Notes: generated from the letters alone by a model not told the origin. A stretch of 64,000 nucleotides of DNA from Eledone cirrhosa (GCA_964016885.1 OZ024740.1:284704001-284768000); one strand, 5' to 3'. Positions 34,001 through 49,092 are shown, counted from the first letter of the stretch. A program made the numbers and translations.

Positions 34001-34570
34001 GTCACAATGTTGCCCAACGTGACCATTTAGGTCGCCTGCAATAATTATATAGTCACTGTCAGATATTTGGGAGGTAGTGAGCATCAGTGTCTCATAGAAT
34101 CTGTCTTTTATAGTGCCGGGCAGTCCGGATTGGGGTGCATACGCAGATATTACTGTCACCGTAGTTCTATTGAGGACAAGTCGTATTTTAATTATTCTGT
34201 CGTTCACTCTATTTACGTCTATTATCTTATCCGCCCACTTTTCTGCTACCATGATTCCTACTCCACCCAGCCCATCGTCGTTTCCCACCCAGAAAAGCTT
34301 ATAACATCGTTTTTTACCCTCAATGAATCTAGCAGACCCACCCCTCCACCTGGTCTCTTGAATACAACAAACATCGACCTCCTTACGTTCAAGCATTTCT
34401 ACAACCTCGTTAGCGCGCCCCTTTAGGGTGCCTACATTTATGGTACCAACTCTGAAGTTTTGGATCGCGTTTGGAGGGTGGGGGTGGTGTGAGGCGGGGG
34501 GAAATGGGGTTATGTTAGCCATCCGCGGGCGAAACAAAGAAGAGTGCTCGCATTCTCGTCCACGAGGTGA
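31050..34570 (-). mobile_element. RTE family A, near full-length; inverted twin of 1089-4613
   Basis: (ATC)7 tail at 31050-31070; same 5' junction as 1089. Confidence 0.96.
31409..34522 (-). CDS. RTE family A polyprotein, uninterrupted, 1037 aa
   Basis: Same motifs as 1137-4250; seven amino-acid differences are visible in the track. Confidence 0.9.
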   Translation of the reverse strand: MANITPFPPASHHPHPPNAIQNFRVGTINVGTLKGRANEVVEMLERKEVDVCCIQETRWRGGSARFIEGKKRCYKLFWVGNDDGLGGVGIMVAEKWADKIIDVNRVNDRIIKIRLVLNRTTVTVISAYAPQSGLPGTIKDRFYETLMLTTSQISDSDYIIIAGDLNGHVGQHCDGYDEIHGGYGFGTRNEEGSRILEFCDANNLTICNTNFKKRDNHLITYRSGEHTSQVDYILTRRRDRVSVVNTKSLPHEECTSQHRLIISDLIVRSRRTRQQKRTILRRKIWKLKDPTAKNKFQNILLDAFDSKEEHLESDNIEGQWEFLKANLLLATDEVCGWSRPVGRRRVTWWWNSKVEESIKAKKQAWKVWRDGGSRVDYQVARREARREVYLARREAEERKFKHVLQRDDQKREVFRIARQCVKENRDIVGEKCVLNDDGILAITDTDKKAAWKCHYERLLNEENKWEKDSLPHVDPIEGPAVLVEGSIISKAIKDMKTGKAAGPSEIVAEMLKASGTVGHTMVTRIVNQVVQNGVVPKDWHSSIIVNCYKGKGDALDRSNYRGIKLIDQVMKVTEKVIAQLIRERIDLDEMQFGFVSGKSTTDALFIVRQLQEKYLAKGKPLYLAFVDLEKAFDRVPRSIIWWALRKLGVDEWLVRAIQAMYKETVSKVRINNEYSEEFSVKVGVHQGSVLSPLLFIIALQAITEEFKTGCPWELLYADDLTLIAESMAELEKKFQTWKHGLESKGLKINLAKTKVLVCRKENKAAVPSGKWSCSVCRKGVGRNSILCPKCKVWVHKRCSGITGKLTKNIDFTCGRCSGAISSSKCPHNTSSFNCAEGSIEIVDSFRYLGDKISSGGGCSESTVARVRTGWKKFRELIPLLAAKGFSLKMKGRLYDACIRTAMLHGSETWALCAEDIRRLERNEACMLRWMCNSNIRERQSINELRKKLEIRGIRCCLLERRLRWYGHVMRMKVDSCITKCRAIKIDGSHGIGRPRKTWDELINSDLTHLHLSKTMSLDRDLWRYSVTEKTRLASRHL

Positions 34571-34624
34571 ATATATATATACATATATATATATATACAT
34601 ATATATATACATATATATATATAC

Positions 34625-34655
<31 letters not shown>

Positions 34656-34858
34656 CATATATACATATACATATATATATATACATATATATATATACAT
34701 ATATATATATACATATATATATATACATATATATACATATATATATATATACATATACATACATATATATACATATATACATATATATACATATATATAT
34801 GTACATATATATATATACATATATATACATATACATATATATATATACATATATATAA

Positions 34859-34889
<31 letters not shown>

Positions 34890-34892
34890 CAT
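34571..34892. repeat. TA microsatellite spacer (C on + strand)
   Basis: Reverse complement of 767-1088. Confidence 0.95.
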
Positions 34893-37744
34893 ATCTGTAA
34901 CACTAACTTCAAAAAACGTGACAATCACCTGATCACCTATAGATCCGGGGAACACACAAGCCAGGTAGATTATATCCTTACCAGAAGACGTGACAGAGTG
35001 TCTGTTGTAAACACTAAATCCCTCCCCCATGAAGAATGCACCTCCCAACATAGACTGATAATTAGCGACCTCATAGTCAGGACGAGACGTACTCGACAGC
35101 AGAAGAGGACTATCCTCAGGAGGAAAATAATGAAACTAAAGGACCCCACAGCCAGAAATAAATTTCAAAGCATATTACTTGATGCTTTCGACAGTAAGGA
35201 AGAGCATCTAGAATCGGACAATATAGAGGGACAGTGGGAATTTCTGAAAGCAAGCCTGCTGTTGGCGACAGACGAAGTCTGTGGCTGGAGCAGGCCTGTA
35301 GGCAGGAGGAGAGTAACATGGTGGTGGAACAGTAAGGTGGAGGGGTCAATTAAGGCCAAAAAGCAGGCTTGGAAAGTATGGCGGGATGGGGGAAGTAGAG
35401 TAGACTATCAAGTGGCCAGGAGGGAAGCTAGGAGAGAAGTGTACTTAGCAAGAAGGGAAGCTGAGGAAAGAAAGTTCAAGCATGTTCTACAACGCGATGA
35501 CCAAAAACGTGAGGTGTTCAGGATTGCTAGGCAATGCGTCAAGGAAAACCGTGATATTGTCGGGGAGAAGTGTGTACTTAACGATGATGGCATACTTGCC
35601 ATCACCGACACTGATAAGAAGGTAGCTTGGAAGTGTCACTATGAAAGGCTACTAAATGAGGAGAATAAATGGGAGAAAGACAGTCTCCCCCATATCGACC
35701 CAATAGAGGGACCAGCAGTGTTAGTCGAGGGGAGTATAATAAGTAAGGCAATCAAGGATATGAAGACGGGTAAGGCGGCTGGGCCTTCGGAAATAGTTGC
35801 TGAGATGCTGAAGGCATCTGGCACGGTGGGACACACCATGGTCACCCGCATAGTTAACCAAGTCGTACAGAATGGGGTTGTTCCGAAGGACTGGCATAGC
35901 AGCATCATCGTTAACTGTTATAAGGGTAAAGGAGACGCCCTAGATAGGAGTAACTATAGAGGCATTAAATTAATCGACCAGGTCATGAAGGTCACGGAAA
36001 AAGTAATAGCGCAACTAATCAGAGAGAGAATTGACCTAGATGAAATGCAGTTCGGGTTTGTGTCAGGCAAAAGCACCACAGACGCTCTTTTCATAGTACA
36101 ACTACAGGAGAAGTACCTAGCTAAAGGTAAACCCCTCTACTTAGCTTTTGTCGACCTGGAGAAAGCCTTCGACAGAGTCCCCCGCTCCATTATCTGGTGG
36201 GCTCTTAGAAAACTAGGCGTTGACGAATGGCTTGTGAGGGCTATACAAGCCATGTATAAAGAAACAGTCAGCAAGGTTAGAATTAACAACGAATATAGTG
36301 AAGAGTTTAGCGTAAAAGTTGGCGTCCATCAGGGCTCTGTTCTCAGCCCCCTACTATTTATTATTGCCCTTCAGGCTATAACAGAGGAGTTCAAGACAGG
36401 CTGCCCATGGGAACTCCTATACGCAGACGACCTGACACTCATAGCGGAATCAATGGCCGAGCTAGAGAAGAAATTCCAAACATGGAAGCACGGCCTAGAG
36501 TCAAAAGGACTTAAAATTAACCTGGCTAAGACCAAAGTTCTAGTTTGTAGGAAAGAAAATAAGGCGGCGGTCCCTTCTGGGAAATGGTCGTGCTCGGTGT
36601 GTAGGAAAGGCGTAGGTAGAAACTCCATTTTATGTCCTAACTGCAAAGTATGGGTGCATAAAAAATGTAGTGGGATCACAGGTAAGCTAACTAAGAACAT
36701 AGATTTCACATGTGGCCGGTGTTCTGGTGCAATAAGTAGCAGCAAGTGCCCACTAAATACTAGCTCTTTCAATTGCGCAGAGGGTTCTATAGAAATAGTG
36801 GACAGCTTCCGTTACCTGGGCGATAAAATCAGCAGTGGGGGAGGGTGCTCTGAAAGTACTGTAGCTAGAGTCAGAACTGGTTGGAAAAAGTTCAGAGAGC
36901 TTATACCACTATTAGCTGCTAAAGGGTTCTCCCTAAAAATGAAAGGCAGGTTGTACGATGCCTGCATACGAACAGCAATGTTGCATGGTAGTGAGACCTG
37001 GGCATTGTGTGCAGAGGATATACGCAGACTAGAGAGGAACGGAGCTTGCATGCTCCGCTGGATGTGTAACAGTAATATACGTGAACGGCAAAGCATAAAC
37101 GAACTAAGGAAAAAATTAGAGATAAGAGGGATCAGATGTTGTTTACTCGAGAGAAGGCTACGTTGGTATGGACACGTGATGCGCATGAAAGTCGATAGCT
37201 GTATAACAAAGTGCAGGGCAATAAAGATAGACGGTAGCCACGGAATAGGCAGACCTAGAAACACCTGGGATGAGCTGATAAACTCCGACCTCACACACTT
37301 ACACCTCTCCAAGACAATGTCACTGGACCGAGACCTTTGGCGGTACTCAGTAACAGAGAAGACTCGCCTTGCCAGTAGGCATCTCTAACAAAATACACCC
37401 CGTCCCGCCACCACCCCCACCCCATCCACACCACCCCGTTCTATGTAAAGTTATGTTGGTGCCGCGCCATCCAGGCCGAAACAAATGAGATTGTGTAGGT
37501 GTCACGACAAAAAAACACACAGTCCACGCTGTAATGTGGCCGTGTAGGCAACACGGTAAAAACCTCCCAGACCCACACTGTAAATGTGGTTGGTGTTAGG
37601 AAGGGCATCCAACTGTAGAAAACCTGCCAGACAGTCCTATGCGAGCAAGACAATCACTTTTGCCTCAAGTGGGACTACCCCCGTCCAAACCCATGCAAGC
37701 GTGGAACACGGACGTTAAACGTTGATGATGATGATGATGATGAT
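34893..37744 (+). mobile_element. RTE family A, 5'-truncated within the APE domain
   Basis: Frame open from ICNTNFKK to the stop at 37388, with a one-codon deletion (IV-QLQ). (GAT)7 tail at 37724-37744. Confidence 0.95.
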
Positions 37745-38746
<1,002 letters not shown>

Positions 38747-39070
38747 AGGCTGGAGAGAAATGAAGCAACCATGCTTCATTGGATGCACAATATAAATGTG
38801 TTAGAGAAAAGCAGACCTTGGATTTGAACTGAGAGAGAAATTGGGTTTAAGAGGAATCAAAAATTGTGTGTCGGAGAGAAGACTGCATTGATATGGATAT
38901 GTAAAAGGTGCCAGAAAATCAGTGGAAGGAAGCTGTGGTAGAGATTGACCATGGAAGACCTGTGCAGAGGTGGTGAAAGATGATTTCAAGCCGCTGAGAC
39001 TCAGAGAGGAGATGACTAAGGAACACGGTTTGGGGAGAGTGTAGAAAAACAGGTGTAAAAATGATGATAT
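38747..39070 (+). mobile_element. Old degenerate RTE 3' fragment
   Basis: [18 protein letters not shown]...[11 protein letters not shown]-like peptide; ends GTAAAAATGATGAT. Confidence 0.75.
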
Positions 39071-40259
39071 ATCGGATTCTATCGTGTACACTGCTCAGTT
39101 TTTCACTCTTCCCATTGTTTTATTTGGGGGTGCATAGAAGACACCATAACTACATGTTTGCAGCTTTTCTTCAGACCTATTCAAGAAAACAGTCAGCAGG
39201 AAACAGAAAACCATATCGAGTGTCAGCCAACACCAAATACCTTTTAACTTCAATCATACCTTTTCTTATACAATATTATGTAATAAAATGTTTGAATAAA
39301 GTTTTACTGAAACTGTATGCAAGTTGTTTAATTTATTTCTGAAGTTTCTGTGTATTCCAGTTTGTACTAAGCCATGTGTGTGTTTATTGTGTTTTTATGT
39401 CCTTGAATGATAAATATTTCACCATCACTTGTGAATCTGGGTGTGCAATGAAGTGTAGAATTTTTGTGAGAAAGCTAAAAACATGTCATGAGCCCAGACC
39501 TAATAACCACCTGTACTTTAACTGATTAAAGAAAAAATAGATGTAGACTGATGTATTTTATTGCTATGTTCATAACAAAATAAACAAAACAAATAACAAT
39601 AACATATGAGCACTACAAGTACAGTTCTTATATTATTGAGCAGTACATCAAGTACAGTTCATATTTTTCAAACACAAATCAATATTTAAAAAAAGACTAA
39701 GTCATACACCAAAACTAAGCTTTTCTAGACATTTTTCTGGTCAAAAACGTGTGTTATACATGAATGCATGCAATACACAAAAGAATATGGTACATATACA
39801 CACATATCAGTGATGATGATGATGATATATACATATATACATAAATATATATATATATATATCACCATCAGCATTTTAACATCCACTTTCCCTGCTAGCA
39901 AGGTTTGGACGGGCCTAGATAGACCAAGTCAGCACTGAAGCAGTGCTACTGACCTCCCACTACCAGGGTGCGATAGTGAGGGTATCTAAGGGTTTTAGGA
40001 GAGAGACAGCAGCTAAGGGATGAATATAGGATGGGGCATGGATGGAATGAGGGTGTGTAATGATGAGGATAGCTGCTAGGGAGTGCTAGAGGAGAGGCAT
40101 GGGCGGGGCTCATACGAGTAAGGAGTGTGGTTATAAGAGCATGAATAGGCAAGGAGTCTTGAGGCTTTGGAGGAAAAAGCAGCTAAAACTGGGGATGTTG
40201 TAGTGATGGTGAGAATAGTTGTTAGTGAGTGCTGTTAGGAGGAGACATGGGAATTAAGT

Positions 40260-42000
40260 CAGGCAATATTGCATGCTGTTGGCATCCCTTGTGAACACTG
40301 CCCCAGAATATTTGAACCTCTCCGCCTGCTTCAGTGGAACTCCACTCACATGTAGAGTGTTTTGCACTGGCTTCGAGCGTACCAGTCTTCGCTAGATTGG
40401 TTTTCATTCCTGTCGTACAGCACTCGGCATCAACCTATCAAATGCATGTCGACGATAACTTTCTGATGAATTTAGTAGTACCATGTTGTCCATAAATTTC
40501 AGCTGACTGATTCTACACTGACCAGTATCAATACCACTTCCAAGCTGGCTGTGCACGTCAATTCTATCCCTGGAGATTATGAACAGGAGAGGTGACATTA
40601 CTCATGGTAGACTTCGACACCTACATTGGACAGTTTCAACTTAGCACCATTTATCCAAATATTAGCATATAGAGACATCAGGACAACAAAAAGCTGTCCA
40701 TTGGTCCAATACACCTACAGAACATGGTTATATGCTTTTTCAAGGTCTACAAAACAAGAATACACCTTTTGGCAATGCTCCCATGATTTCTCAAAGACCT
40801 GCTGCAATGTGAATATTTGTTCAGCTAAGCTGTGTACAGGGTAGAAACCACACTGTTCATCAGCTAGCATCGACTTCACAATATTCTTACATCGTTTTGG
40901 TAGACACTTGGCATAGACTTTACTGAGGAGGCTTAATGGGGATTATCCCTCCCGATTGCCTTTGCTTAGGTGCCTTTCCAAAGATCCAGGCCACCCTGCA
41001 CACATGAGTCAGGCAGAGAATACTTTCTCTAAGGTTTTTTAACATATCAAGCCATATTCCATATTCCCCAGCAGCCTTGCCACATTTCAGCCCTTTAATT
41101 GTTCTTGTGATTTCAATCTCTGTGTATATCAGAAGATGCTGTTGTGACCAGGTTTAGGAGAGCAGCAAAGTATTCTCTCCACCTTGCACTTCTCTGAAAA
41201 AAGAGGAGAACCCTGGATGTGTTCTTGATATCAAGAGGGGGAGGAGTACTTATTATGAAGTCAGCAGATGGTCTCCTAGAACACTTTATTTGTTGATATG
41301 AAGTCAGATTCCAGCTTAATCCAAACTCATCCCAAGTCTTATTTTGGACGCCTTTACTGTCTCTACTGTGACTTTTTGTGCCTGCTCGCACCGCAAATGC
41401 ATGGAGGATGACATTTCCAAACTAATCTTTGTAAGCCTTCATCTTTGCTCAGATGGCATCTTTGACCACTTAATTAAACCAAGAGGTCCTCCTGTAACCT
41501 GGCACCACACCCAACTGCTTTCGCGCGCAGCATTTATCAACTCAAGCAGAAACTGCCAAGCTAAATAGTCTCCACTCCATTTCAACATTCTCAATTTTCT
41601 CAGGAAGTTCTCTGAATTTGGATGCAATAGTATCCGCAAACCAGTTCCTGATTTCCTTTTCTGTCATTGCTTCCTACTTTACCCTGTAGGTTGAGCTGGA
41701 CCTGCAAGTTTTGTGGGCTCTCTTGGCTTTAGGCAGTCTCAGGTTGCAAATAACTAGATGGTGATCAGTTAAAAGATCCACCCCACGCTTAACACAAACA
41801 TCTAGCACAGAACAGAACCGATGAAAACAGAAGCAATAACAAAATTAATTATTGATCTCTGTCCCTGATTCCCCTTAAACCATGTGTGTTTATAGATGTC
41901 TTTATGCTGGAAGAAGATGTTCATAATAGAGAGTCCATTATTAGAACAGAAGGCTTCTCCATCCGTATTTACATTTGGATTGCCGTTCCTTCCAATCACA
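40260..42000 (-). pseudogene. Degenerate RTE-clade LINE of a different, older family
   Basis: Fragments IGRNGNPNVN..CSNNGLSIMNIFFQHKDI (APE), RWREYFAALLN, CFVDLEKAY, SPLLFII, with many frameshifts. Confidence 0.8.
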
Positions 42001-42951
42001 GTCTCAAATTATTTTTGCCAGTTTGCTGTTGACATCAGTACTGCAAACCCTGTCAATGGAAATTGGAATATGGAAAGTTGAATCAGCTGTAGAGCTACTT
42101 ATGTAGAACAATGCAGCCAGTCTTGTAGATGCAACAGTTAGAATTAGTTGATCCAATTTCAATCTATCTTTCCTGATCCACCAGAACCATAAACAAAGAA
42201 AAGAATTGAACTTTGGTTGTTGCTGTGTTGGGCATATCATTAAGATGTCAAAAGCATGTCAGTGCCCTTGTTGGCAATATCCAGTGATGATTAAATAAAA
42301 TACTGATGCATCTGGTACAGACAACTTAGAGATGAACTGACGAAGAGAAGTTCTATTTCAGAGACAGAAACATTGTAAATCAGTGATAAACCTCTCAAGC
42401 AGTTCAACATCATTATCATCATCGTCATTACCATTAGGATGTTGCAGTTGATGATCTTCCACAGTAATCATGTGAGTTTGGAGAAATTCTAATTCCAGAG
42501 ATTTTATATAACAGCTTTACAGTCATAGGAATCATTCATTTCTATCATATTAATCACCTAATTCAATAGGTTTATCTTCAAAGATGCTTCCTTGTATATT
42601 TAACATACCTATCCCACTAACAGTTTTCAGCTCTTGAATTGAGAATACCTTGATTTTTTTTTTCTTTTTCTTTTTTCAAAATCAAGATTTTGCAATTTTT
42701 ATTTTTCCAGTTAACAATCCAGATTTTTCTTTTTGTGCACCAACTGCTTTTATGCATGCTTGGATACTTGAATGGCTACTGCTTTACATTTATCTTGTTT
42801 ATATGTGAAGTAAAAGCAAATAAAATTGAAATAATCTCTATGAAATGACTATAAAAGTATATAATATTGTTGTACTTTGGGAAGGCCAATCAAAAACACG
42901 TGCACTGGTTGTATTTTCACTTCAGTTTTTTTCAAATAAATTAATGAACTA

Positions 42952-43139
42952 TTGTATATACTCAAATACAAGCTGACCACACTATTTTATGTCTGAGAAA
43001 TGGGCAAAAATCCAAAACTTTATGTAAAATTTGAGGTTGATGAAAATTGTCAAAATATTAACCCTGAATATAAGCCGACCCTACTTCTACTATTGATTTT
43101 TTGGTTACATTATTCCTTGGCTTATACTCAGGTATATAC
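42952..43139. mobile_element. Internally deleted Tc2/pogo-like MITE
   Basis: TIR-like ends TGTATATACTCAAATACAAGC / GCTTATACTCAGGTATATAC; shares TTTTATGTCTGAGAAATGGGCAAAAATCCAAA with the other copies. Confidence 0.65.
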
Positions 43140-43524
43140 ATCATCATCATCAACGTTTAACGTCCGTGTTCCACGCTTGCATGGGTTTGGACGAGGGTAG
43201 TCCCACTTGAGGCAAGAGTGATTGTCTTGCTCGCATAGGACTGTCTGGCAGGTTTTCTACAGTTGGATGCCCTTCCTAACACCAACCACATTTACAGTGT
43301 GGGTCTGGGAGGTTTTTACCGTGTTGCCTACACGGCCACATTACAGCGTGGACTGTGTGTTTTTTTGTCGTGACACCTACACGATCTCGTTTGTTTCGGC
43401 CTGGATGGCGCGGCACCAACATAACTTTACATGGAACGGGGTGGTGTGGATGGGGTGGGGGTGGTGGCGGGACGGGGTGTAGTTTGTTAGAGATGCCTAC
43501 TGGCAAGGCGGGTCTTCTCTGTTA
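43140..43524 (-). mobile_element. RTE family A 3' fragment (young)
   Basis: (ATC)4 tail, full 3'UTR and the last ORF codons; no TSD seen. Confidence 0.93.
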
Positions 43525-43699
43525 GATAAATAGTTTATTGGTTCATCAAAGTTCTTTCATTACAACTTATGATCTCATCAATAATTATGTACCCTCTGTG
43601 CACCTCGTGATTATTCCCATTTACTCCATGCTTTCTGTTTGCATTGAATTGTGTGGTGCACATGTGCAAGTTTTGATGCCTTTGTTAATGTTTTATTTA

Positions 43700-43960
43700 C
43701 TTCATTTTACATCAATTTTTCCATGCTTGATAAGTTGGACAGGGTCTTCTCTAGCAAAGCCTACCTCCATTCGTTATTTCTTCATCTCTTAGATTCAGCA
43801 TTTTGAAATCAGCTTCAATCACTTATGTCTACATCTTCCTTGGCACTTCTTCACCCAACAATCATCCATGTCCATCATATATCCATACCATCACAATATT
43901 TTCTCTTGCACACATCTGATTCCTCTTGTATCCAGTTTTTTTTTCAGCTCATCTTGCTTC
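43700..43960 (-). mobile_element. Old RTE 3' fragment
   Basis: TTTTACATCAATTTTTCCATGCTTG tail motif and CACACATCTGATTCCTCT (RGIRCV-like). Confidence 0.55.
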
Positions 43961-44829
43961 ATTTCTCTCCAACTTTCCTCTACTACATTCACTGCCATGC
44001 AGCGTTACAGTTGTATTTGAATGCTTTTGTTTTGTTTTTTTCCAGCCAAGACAAGTTTGTGGTTTGTTCAAAGTTTGTATGTGTCCATAAGTCACTAGAT
44101 GACAGTGGGGATGAGGTTGTTAATCAATTTGTATTTTCTATTTAGAAGAGTGGGTGGCTGGTGTTCCTCCTAGTATATACATAGCCCCTTTGTCTTAATG
44201 TCAGATCACTCTACTGTATAGAAAGATTTACCTTATTGAGCCAGTTTGTTTTGTGTTGATAGAGCACTGATGTAGATTTTGTCCTCAAATTCTCACCAAT
44301 GCTCTTTTATCCATTAACCTATGCTACAGGCTGTTTCACCCATGTAAATGATGACAGTGTTCCTACATTGTCCTTTGATGCATCTCAAACTGAAGTGGAA
44401 TACAACCAGTGTGTGTGTGTGTGTTTTGAATACACAGTTTGACCCTCCCAGAGTACAGCAATGTTTCAACACACAATTTCCCATCAAGAATCTTGAAAAA
44501 CAAGTACAACTTTTCAACAAAAAACAACACCACATAAAAACAGGGCAAATTCCCTCCACTACCATCTTTATAAAGGAAATAGTACACTAGATAATGTGGT
44601 CCGAGATACCCCTAAAGAGATGAGATAATCAAGTGGGATTGTCTTTCATCATATATTTGCTCAATCAGTACAGGTGAAATGAAATAAAAGGAAAATATGT
44701 AATTTGATATAGCCCCTCCTTTCACAAACACTTCACTGGAAAAAGATTAAAATCCAGATCATAATCAAAGCAAAGCATGATAGACACATAATGTTATCTT
44801 AGTATATGCACAGAAATATAATCACTTAC

Positions 44830-44936
44830 CAATAATTCTTGGCTTTCTATTTCACCATCAGGGGCAAACATTGTCTGTACCATAAATTTGTGTTTATTTT
44901 TCTCTGCAGGATCATATTGAAATGGTTGCAGCATAA
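44830..44936 (-). CDS. VAP: VAP (VAMP-associated protein) coding exon, MSP domain, equivalent to exon 3
   Basis: ttttcag | TT ATG ... TTA TTG | gtaagt. Encodes (V)[35 protein letters not shown]. Phase is compatible with the preceding exon. Confidence 0.95.
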
Positions 44937-45108
44937 CTGAAAATTATTTATAATATTAATTTTGATCTTAAAAATAATAATTCTTAAAACATTTTCAAAA
45001 CAAGTACACCACTCACATAAACAAATTCATATTAATAATTCTTAAAATTTCAAGATGATCAGTGTTATATTAAGTTAATATATCAAGTAACAGCAGAAAC
45101 AATTTTAC

Positions 45109-45261
45109 CTGCAACAGTCATAAATTCTTTAGGTTTGATAAGGCCACTGTTGGGCCGTACACAATAACGTTTTGGTGCAGTGGTTTTCACTTTGAAGCAT
45201 ACTGCACGGCATGTGGGATTGATTAACTTTAAATTTGCTGTCACAACGTCTGTAAAAGGAC
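45109..45261 (-). CDS. VAP: VAP coding exon, MSP domain, equivalent to exon 2 (153 bp)
   Basis: tctttcag | GT CCT TTT ... GTT GCA G | gtaaaa. Encodes [51 protein letters not shown], containing the VAP signature [18 protein letters not shown]. Confidence 0.96.
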
Positions 45262-45364
45262 CTGAAAGACAATGAAAGAAGGTTTAATTAATGATGGTTT
45301 TGAAAATGTGAAGAATTATGATGGTTAAATATTTAAATATATACAATAGGAAATACAGTACATG

Positions 45365-46920
45365 TAGGAAAGAGATAAGCAGAAAGTGAGAGGTCTGTAG
45401 ATGTTCTGCATCATGACGTGTTCCAGATTGCAAAGCAGTATACAAAATAGAATCAAGATACTGATAAGAATTGTGTATAGATGGTAGCAGTGCACTTGTC
45501 TTCATTGATGATGAATAGAAAGAGGCATGGAAATGCTACTATGAGTGGTTGTTGAATGTAGAGAATGTATGGCAAAGAATGGGCCCACCCCAATTAGACC
45601 CAAAAGACAAACTAATAGCTGAAATTGACCGCTATGTACTCAAAAGGGTGCTTAAGGAAATGAAGGCTAAGAAAGTAGCTGAACCATCACTAATAGGAGC
45701 TGAAATACTGAAAATATCTGGTAAAGTAGGTCATGTGCTAGTCACTCGCTCTCAGTTATATAACTAACGAAGGTGTTATGTCAAAGGAGATGTTCTCGAG
45801 AAAAGCAACTACAAAAGCATCAAATTGGTGGAATAGTTATGAATGTTTGATAGTTGCTAAGCAAATTAGGTACCAATAGCTTGTGTTACTTATTTAAACC
45901 TCCAGAATGTAATAGACAAGTTTAAAACCAGCAAAGGTGCATGACCTATTGGTTAGAATGTTTACTCGTGATTATAAAGTTGCAGGTTTGATTCCTGGAT
46001 CAGGCAACATGTGTTCTTGAGCAAAATGCTTAATTTCATGTTGCATTACATGGTATGACTGGAGCCCCTATCACTAAAACATCCAAGAACCCTCGTATGT
46101 AGGAGGCCAGCTAAACCTGTATATATGTGAGCTGTAAATTTCATTTTTCAATTTAGTTGTCTATAGAATCCCCTGTATGTTGATCTAGTTATCAGGGAAT
46201 CTGAAGATTCAGAGAAGAATTTTCAAACCTGAAAGCCAAACCTAGAGTTAAAGACTAAAATTTTAGTTAGAGGAAAGAGAAGACAAAACTGTCATCACAG
46301 AAATAGCTGTGTTTGATATGCATAAAAAGAGTAGGTTGTGTGTAAACTATGATACACAAGAGGAGTAGTGGGATCACCAGACAGGCTGACAGAGAAGGCA
46401 AGCTTCATATGTGACAGAGGCATGGGTGTAATTAACAGTAAGAGTACATATGAAATAAATTCTTACAAATGCCCCAGACAAGTAGTTTGCAGTTTTTGTT
46501 ACCTTAGTGACCTATTTAGCAGTGAAGGTAAGTACTCTGAAAGCATAGTTGCCAGAGTAAGTAAAAGGTGGAAAAAATTCAGAGCTATTATCTATGCTAG
46601 TAACAAATGTTTTCTAAAGATGAAGAATAAGCTGTATGATGCTTATTCATGAAGTATGATATTGTATGGTAATGAGACATAGGCCTTGAATACATAAGAT
46701 TTGCAATGGTAGGAAAGAAATGAAGCGAGCATGTTCTACTGGATGTGTAATGTGAATATGCATGAACAATAGATTGTAAATTATCCGAGAGAAAAACTGG
46801 ATAGATCAAGAAACTACATCATGAAATAAATAAAGGACTAAGTGACAAAATACTCAATGGAGAAAGCTTGTTCAACCCACGTAAGCATTAAAAACTGACA
46901 TAAAAAGGATAAATGATGAT
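45365..46920 (+). pseudogene. Old degenerate relative of RTE A/B with internal deletions
   Basis: KEAWKCYYE.LLNVEN, AEILKISGKVGH, FCYLSD...SESIVARV..WKKFR; ends AAATGATGAT. Confidence 0.8.
45935..46050 (+). mobile_element. Degenerate tRNA/CORE SINE head nested in the old RTE
   Basis: TGACCTATTGGTTAGA...GGTTTGATTCC...TTCTTGAGCAAAATGCTTAATTTCA. Confidence 0.55.
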
Positions 46921-48677
46921 AGAGGTTGGGATGTTTAAAATCTACATTTAAATCTCTGATGCACTGATTATGTTCAATTTAAGTCTCCCATAAAACATTT
47001 TATTTCTAACTGACATATTTCTTCATTAACCTTATCCTCTATTCCTCACTCGTGCCAAAAATGGAATGCACAAGTGGAACAGTCTCTGACTCATCTAGAA
47101 AGGGAGTGACTCTGAATAAGGACCACATAGAACAGTGAGGGACAGCAGATGTAAAACAATGACAAAACAAAATTTTTTATCTAAAAACAATATTAAAAAT
47201 CTACCATTAAAACTATTTTCTTAATACTTCTAAGATTACTACAAAATGTTAGTGAATAAAATAAGATGAGTGTTGCTTTCTTTCTTTTCTAATATCCAAT
47301 GTTCAAATTTAAGAATTTATTCTTTGAACAATTTTAGCTTTAAAATACACTAATAAATCTTTGATATCAATTATAATAACTAACTCCACTACAACAATAT
47401 CAATTCTATAAAAGCATAGTTATGATTGTAACAATTTCCAAGAAGTCAAACAATTAAAAACAATATTAATTGCACACACTATAAATGTTTTTAATTCTGA
47501 CTACTTAATTACATAAAAATTAAATTACAAGTTGGAAAGATTTTTTTTTTTTTTTCATCAGAATACATCACAAAAGTACAAGTTATACAAATATATAATG
47601 GTATTACAAATAAGGACAAATAGGCATGGGGTCAAAATAAACAGAACATTTTTCAATCTCGGTCAGTTGTTCACACTCTGGTGTAACTAGGTGTGAAAAA
47701 CGTGAAAAGTACAATATGAAATTCTAAACAAAGCTTATGAGATGTAACTAAAGATTGCGACCAAACTTGCCTGCCCATTCATTTAAAGCCATTTGAATAC
47801 ATAAATATATTTATTAATTTGTTTTTAAACTTTACACATAATGTGCCAATATATTTTATTTGCTAAAGTGCAACACAAGTTAAAAAACAAACAAACCAAA
47901 ATAACTTGGGAACCACTGATCTAAATAGACTGTACCTACATTTAAACCTGCTGTATCCAGCTAGAATTCTCTCACCCATTTTTATTCAAACTGGATGTAA
48001 CCAGCTGCTCATACTGATGTTAAGGTATTGTTCTCAAAATAAATAATATCAAAATCTTCATAGATTTGATATTATGTGAGGTAAAGCTTTTACCACAAAA
48101 TACAATGGTATATATGTCTAAACCCATGCTAGCATGGAAGATAGACGTTAAACGATATATCGAGTAATATAAATGCTAAAGGGTTAAAGTCGCTAAATAA
48201 AATTTCTGAAAAAACAAAATCATATGTATATCCAACCACCTAATTATGTCTAAATAAAGCCACGTGCTTAAAACCAGGAAGGCATGTATGTATATGTCAT
48301 CATCATCATTTAACGCCCACTTTTCCTGCTAGCAAGGATTGAATAGGCTGTCACAGACTAAGTATTTAAATGGAGTCAATTATCTCTCTGATATGTCAGG
48401 ATCCATCTTGGTTAGATATCTTCCCAAACTCTACAGAGTGAGAAACAGAGAAAATCATGGCACCAGTATTAAGGAAATTGACAAGTTATTGACACAAGTG
48501 AAGAGTCTGCTACCCTTTCTTTGGCCAGTTTTCTATGTACGATATATTGTACGGACATGTACCAGCTTGTGTATAAATTGATATGAACACCTGCATATGG
48601 ATGTGTTTTACATGTACACAACTTTATATGATTGTATGGTAGTCACATGTATGCCCACACACACACACACATATATA

Positions 48678-48716
<39 letters not shown>

Positions 48717-48904
48717 GTGTCAACTTGTATCCATGTCCCTGTAGATCCATGCACTTGCTCATATATGCCACATATGGATTTATGCATGGTTTGCATCTCC
48801 TCCTCCTCCAAATATAATTCCTTTAACTTACAATCCCATTAATAAATTTCTGCCTAATGCAATACACTAATTCTTTGACACAAATCAACCATTCCTTAGA
48901 ATGT

Positions 48905-49092
48905 AATTGTTTCTATTTTAGGCACAAGGCCAGCAATTACCCAGTACATTACTGGTACTTTATTTTATCGACCCCGTAAGGATGAAAGGCAAAATTAACC
49001 TCAGCGGGATTTGAACTCAGATCATAAAGGGACGTAACTCTATGCTTCAAATCATGGTGTCCGACTCTCTACCGATACTGCCAATCCACCAA
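48905..49092 (-). mobile_element. SINE with Meta-type domain
   Basis: Minus strand GAGTTCAAATCCCGCTGAGGTTAATTTTGCCTTTCATCCTTACGGGGTCGATAAAAT...GTACCAGT; homologous to 53430-53552. Confidence 0.7.
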
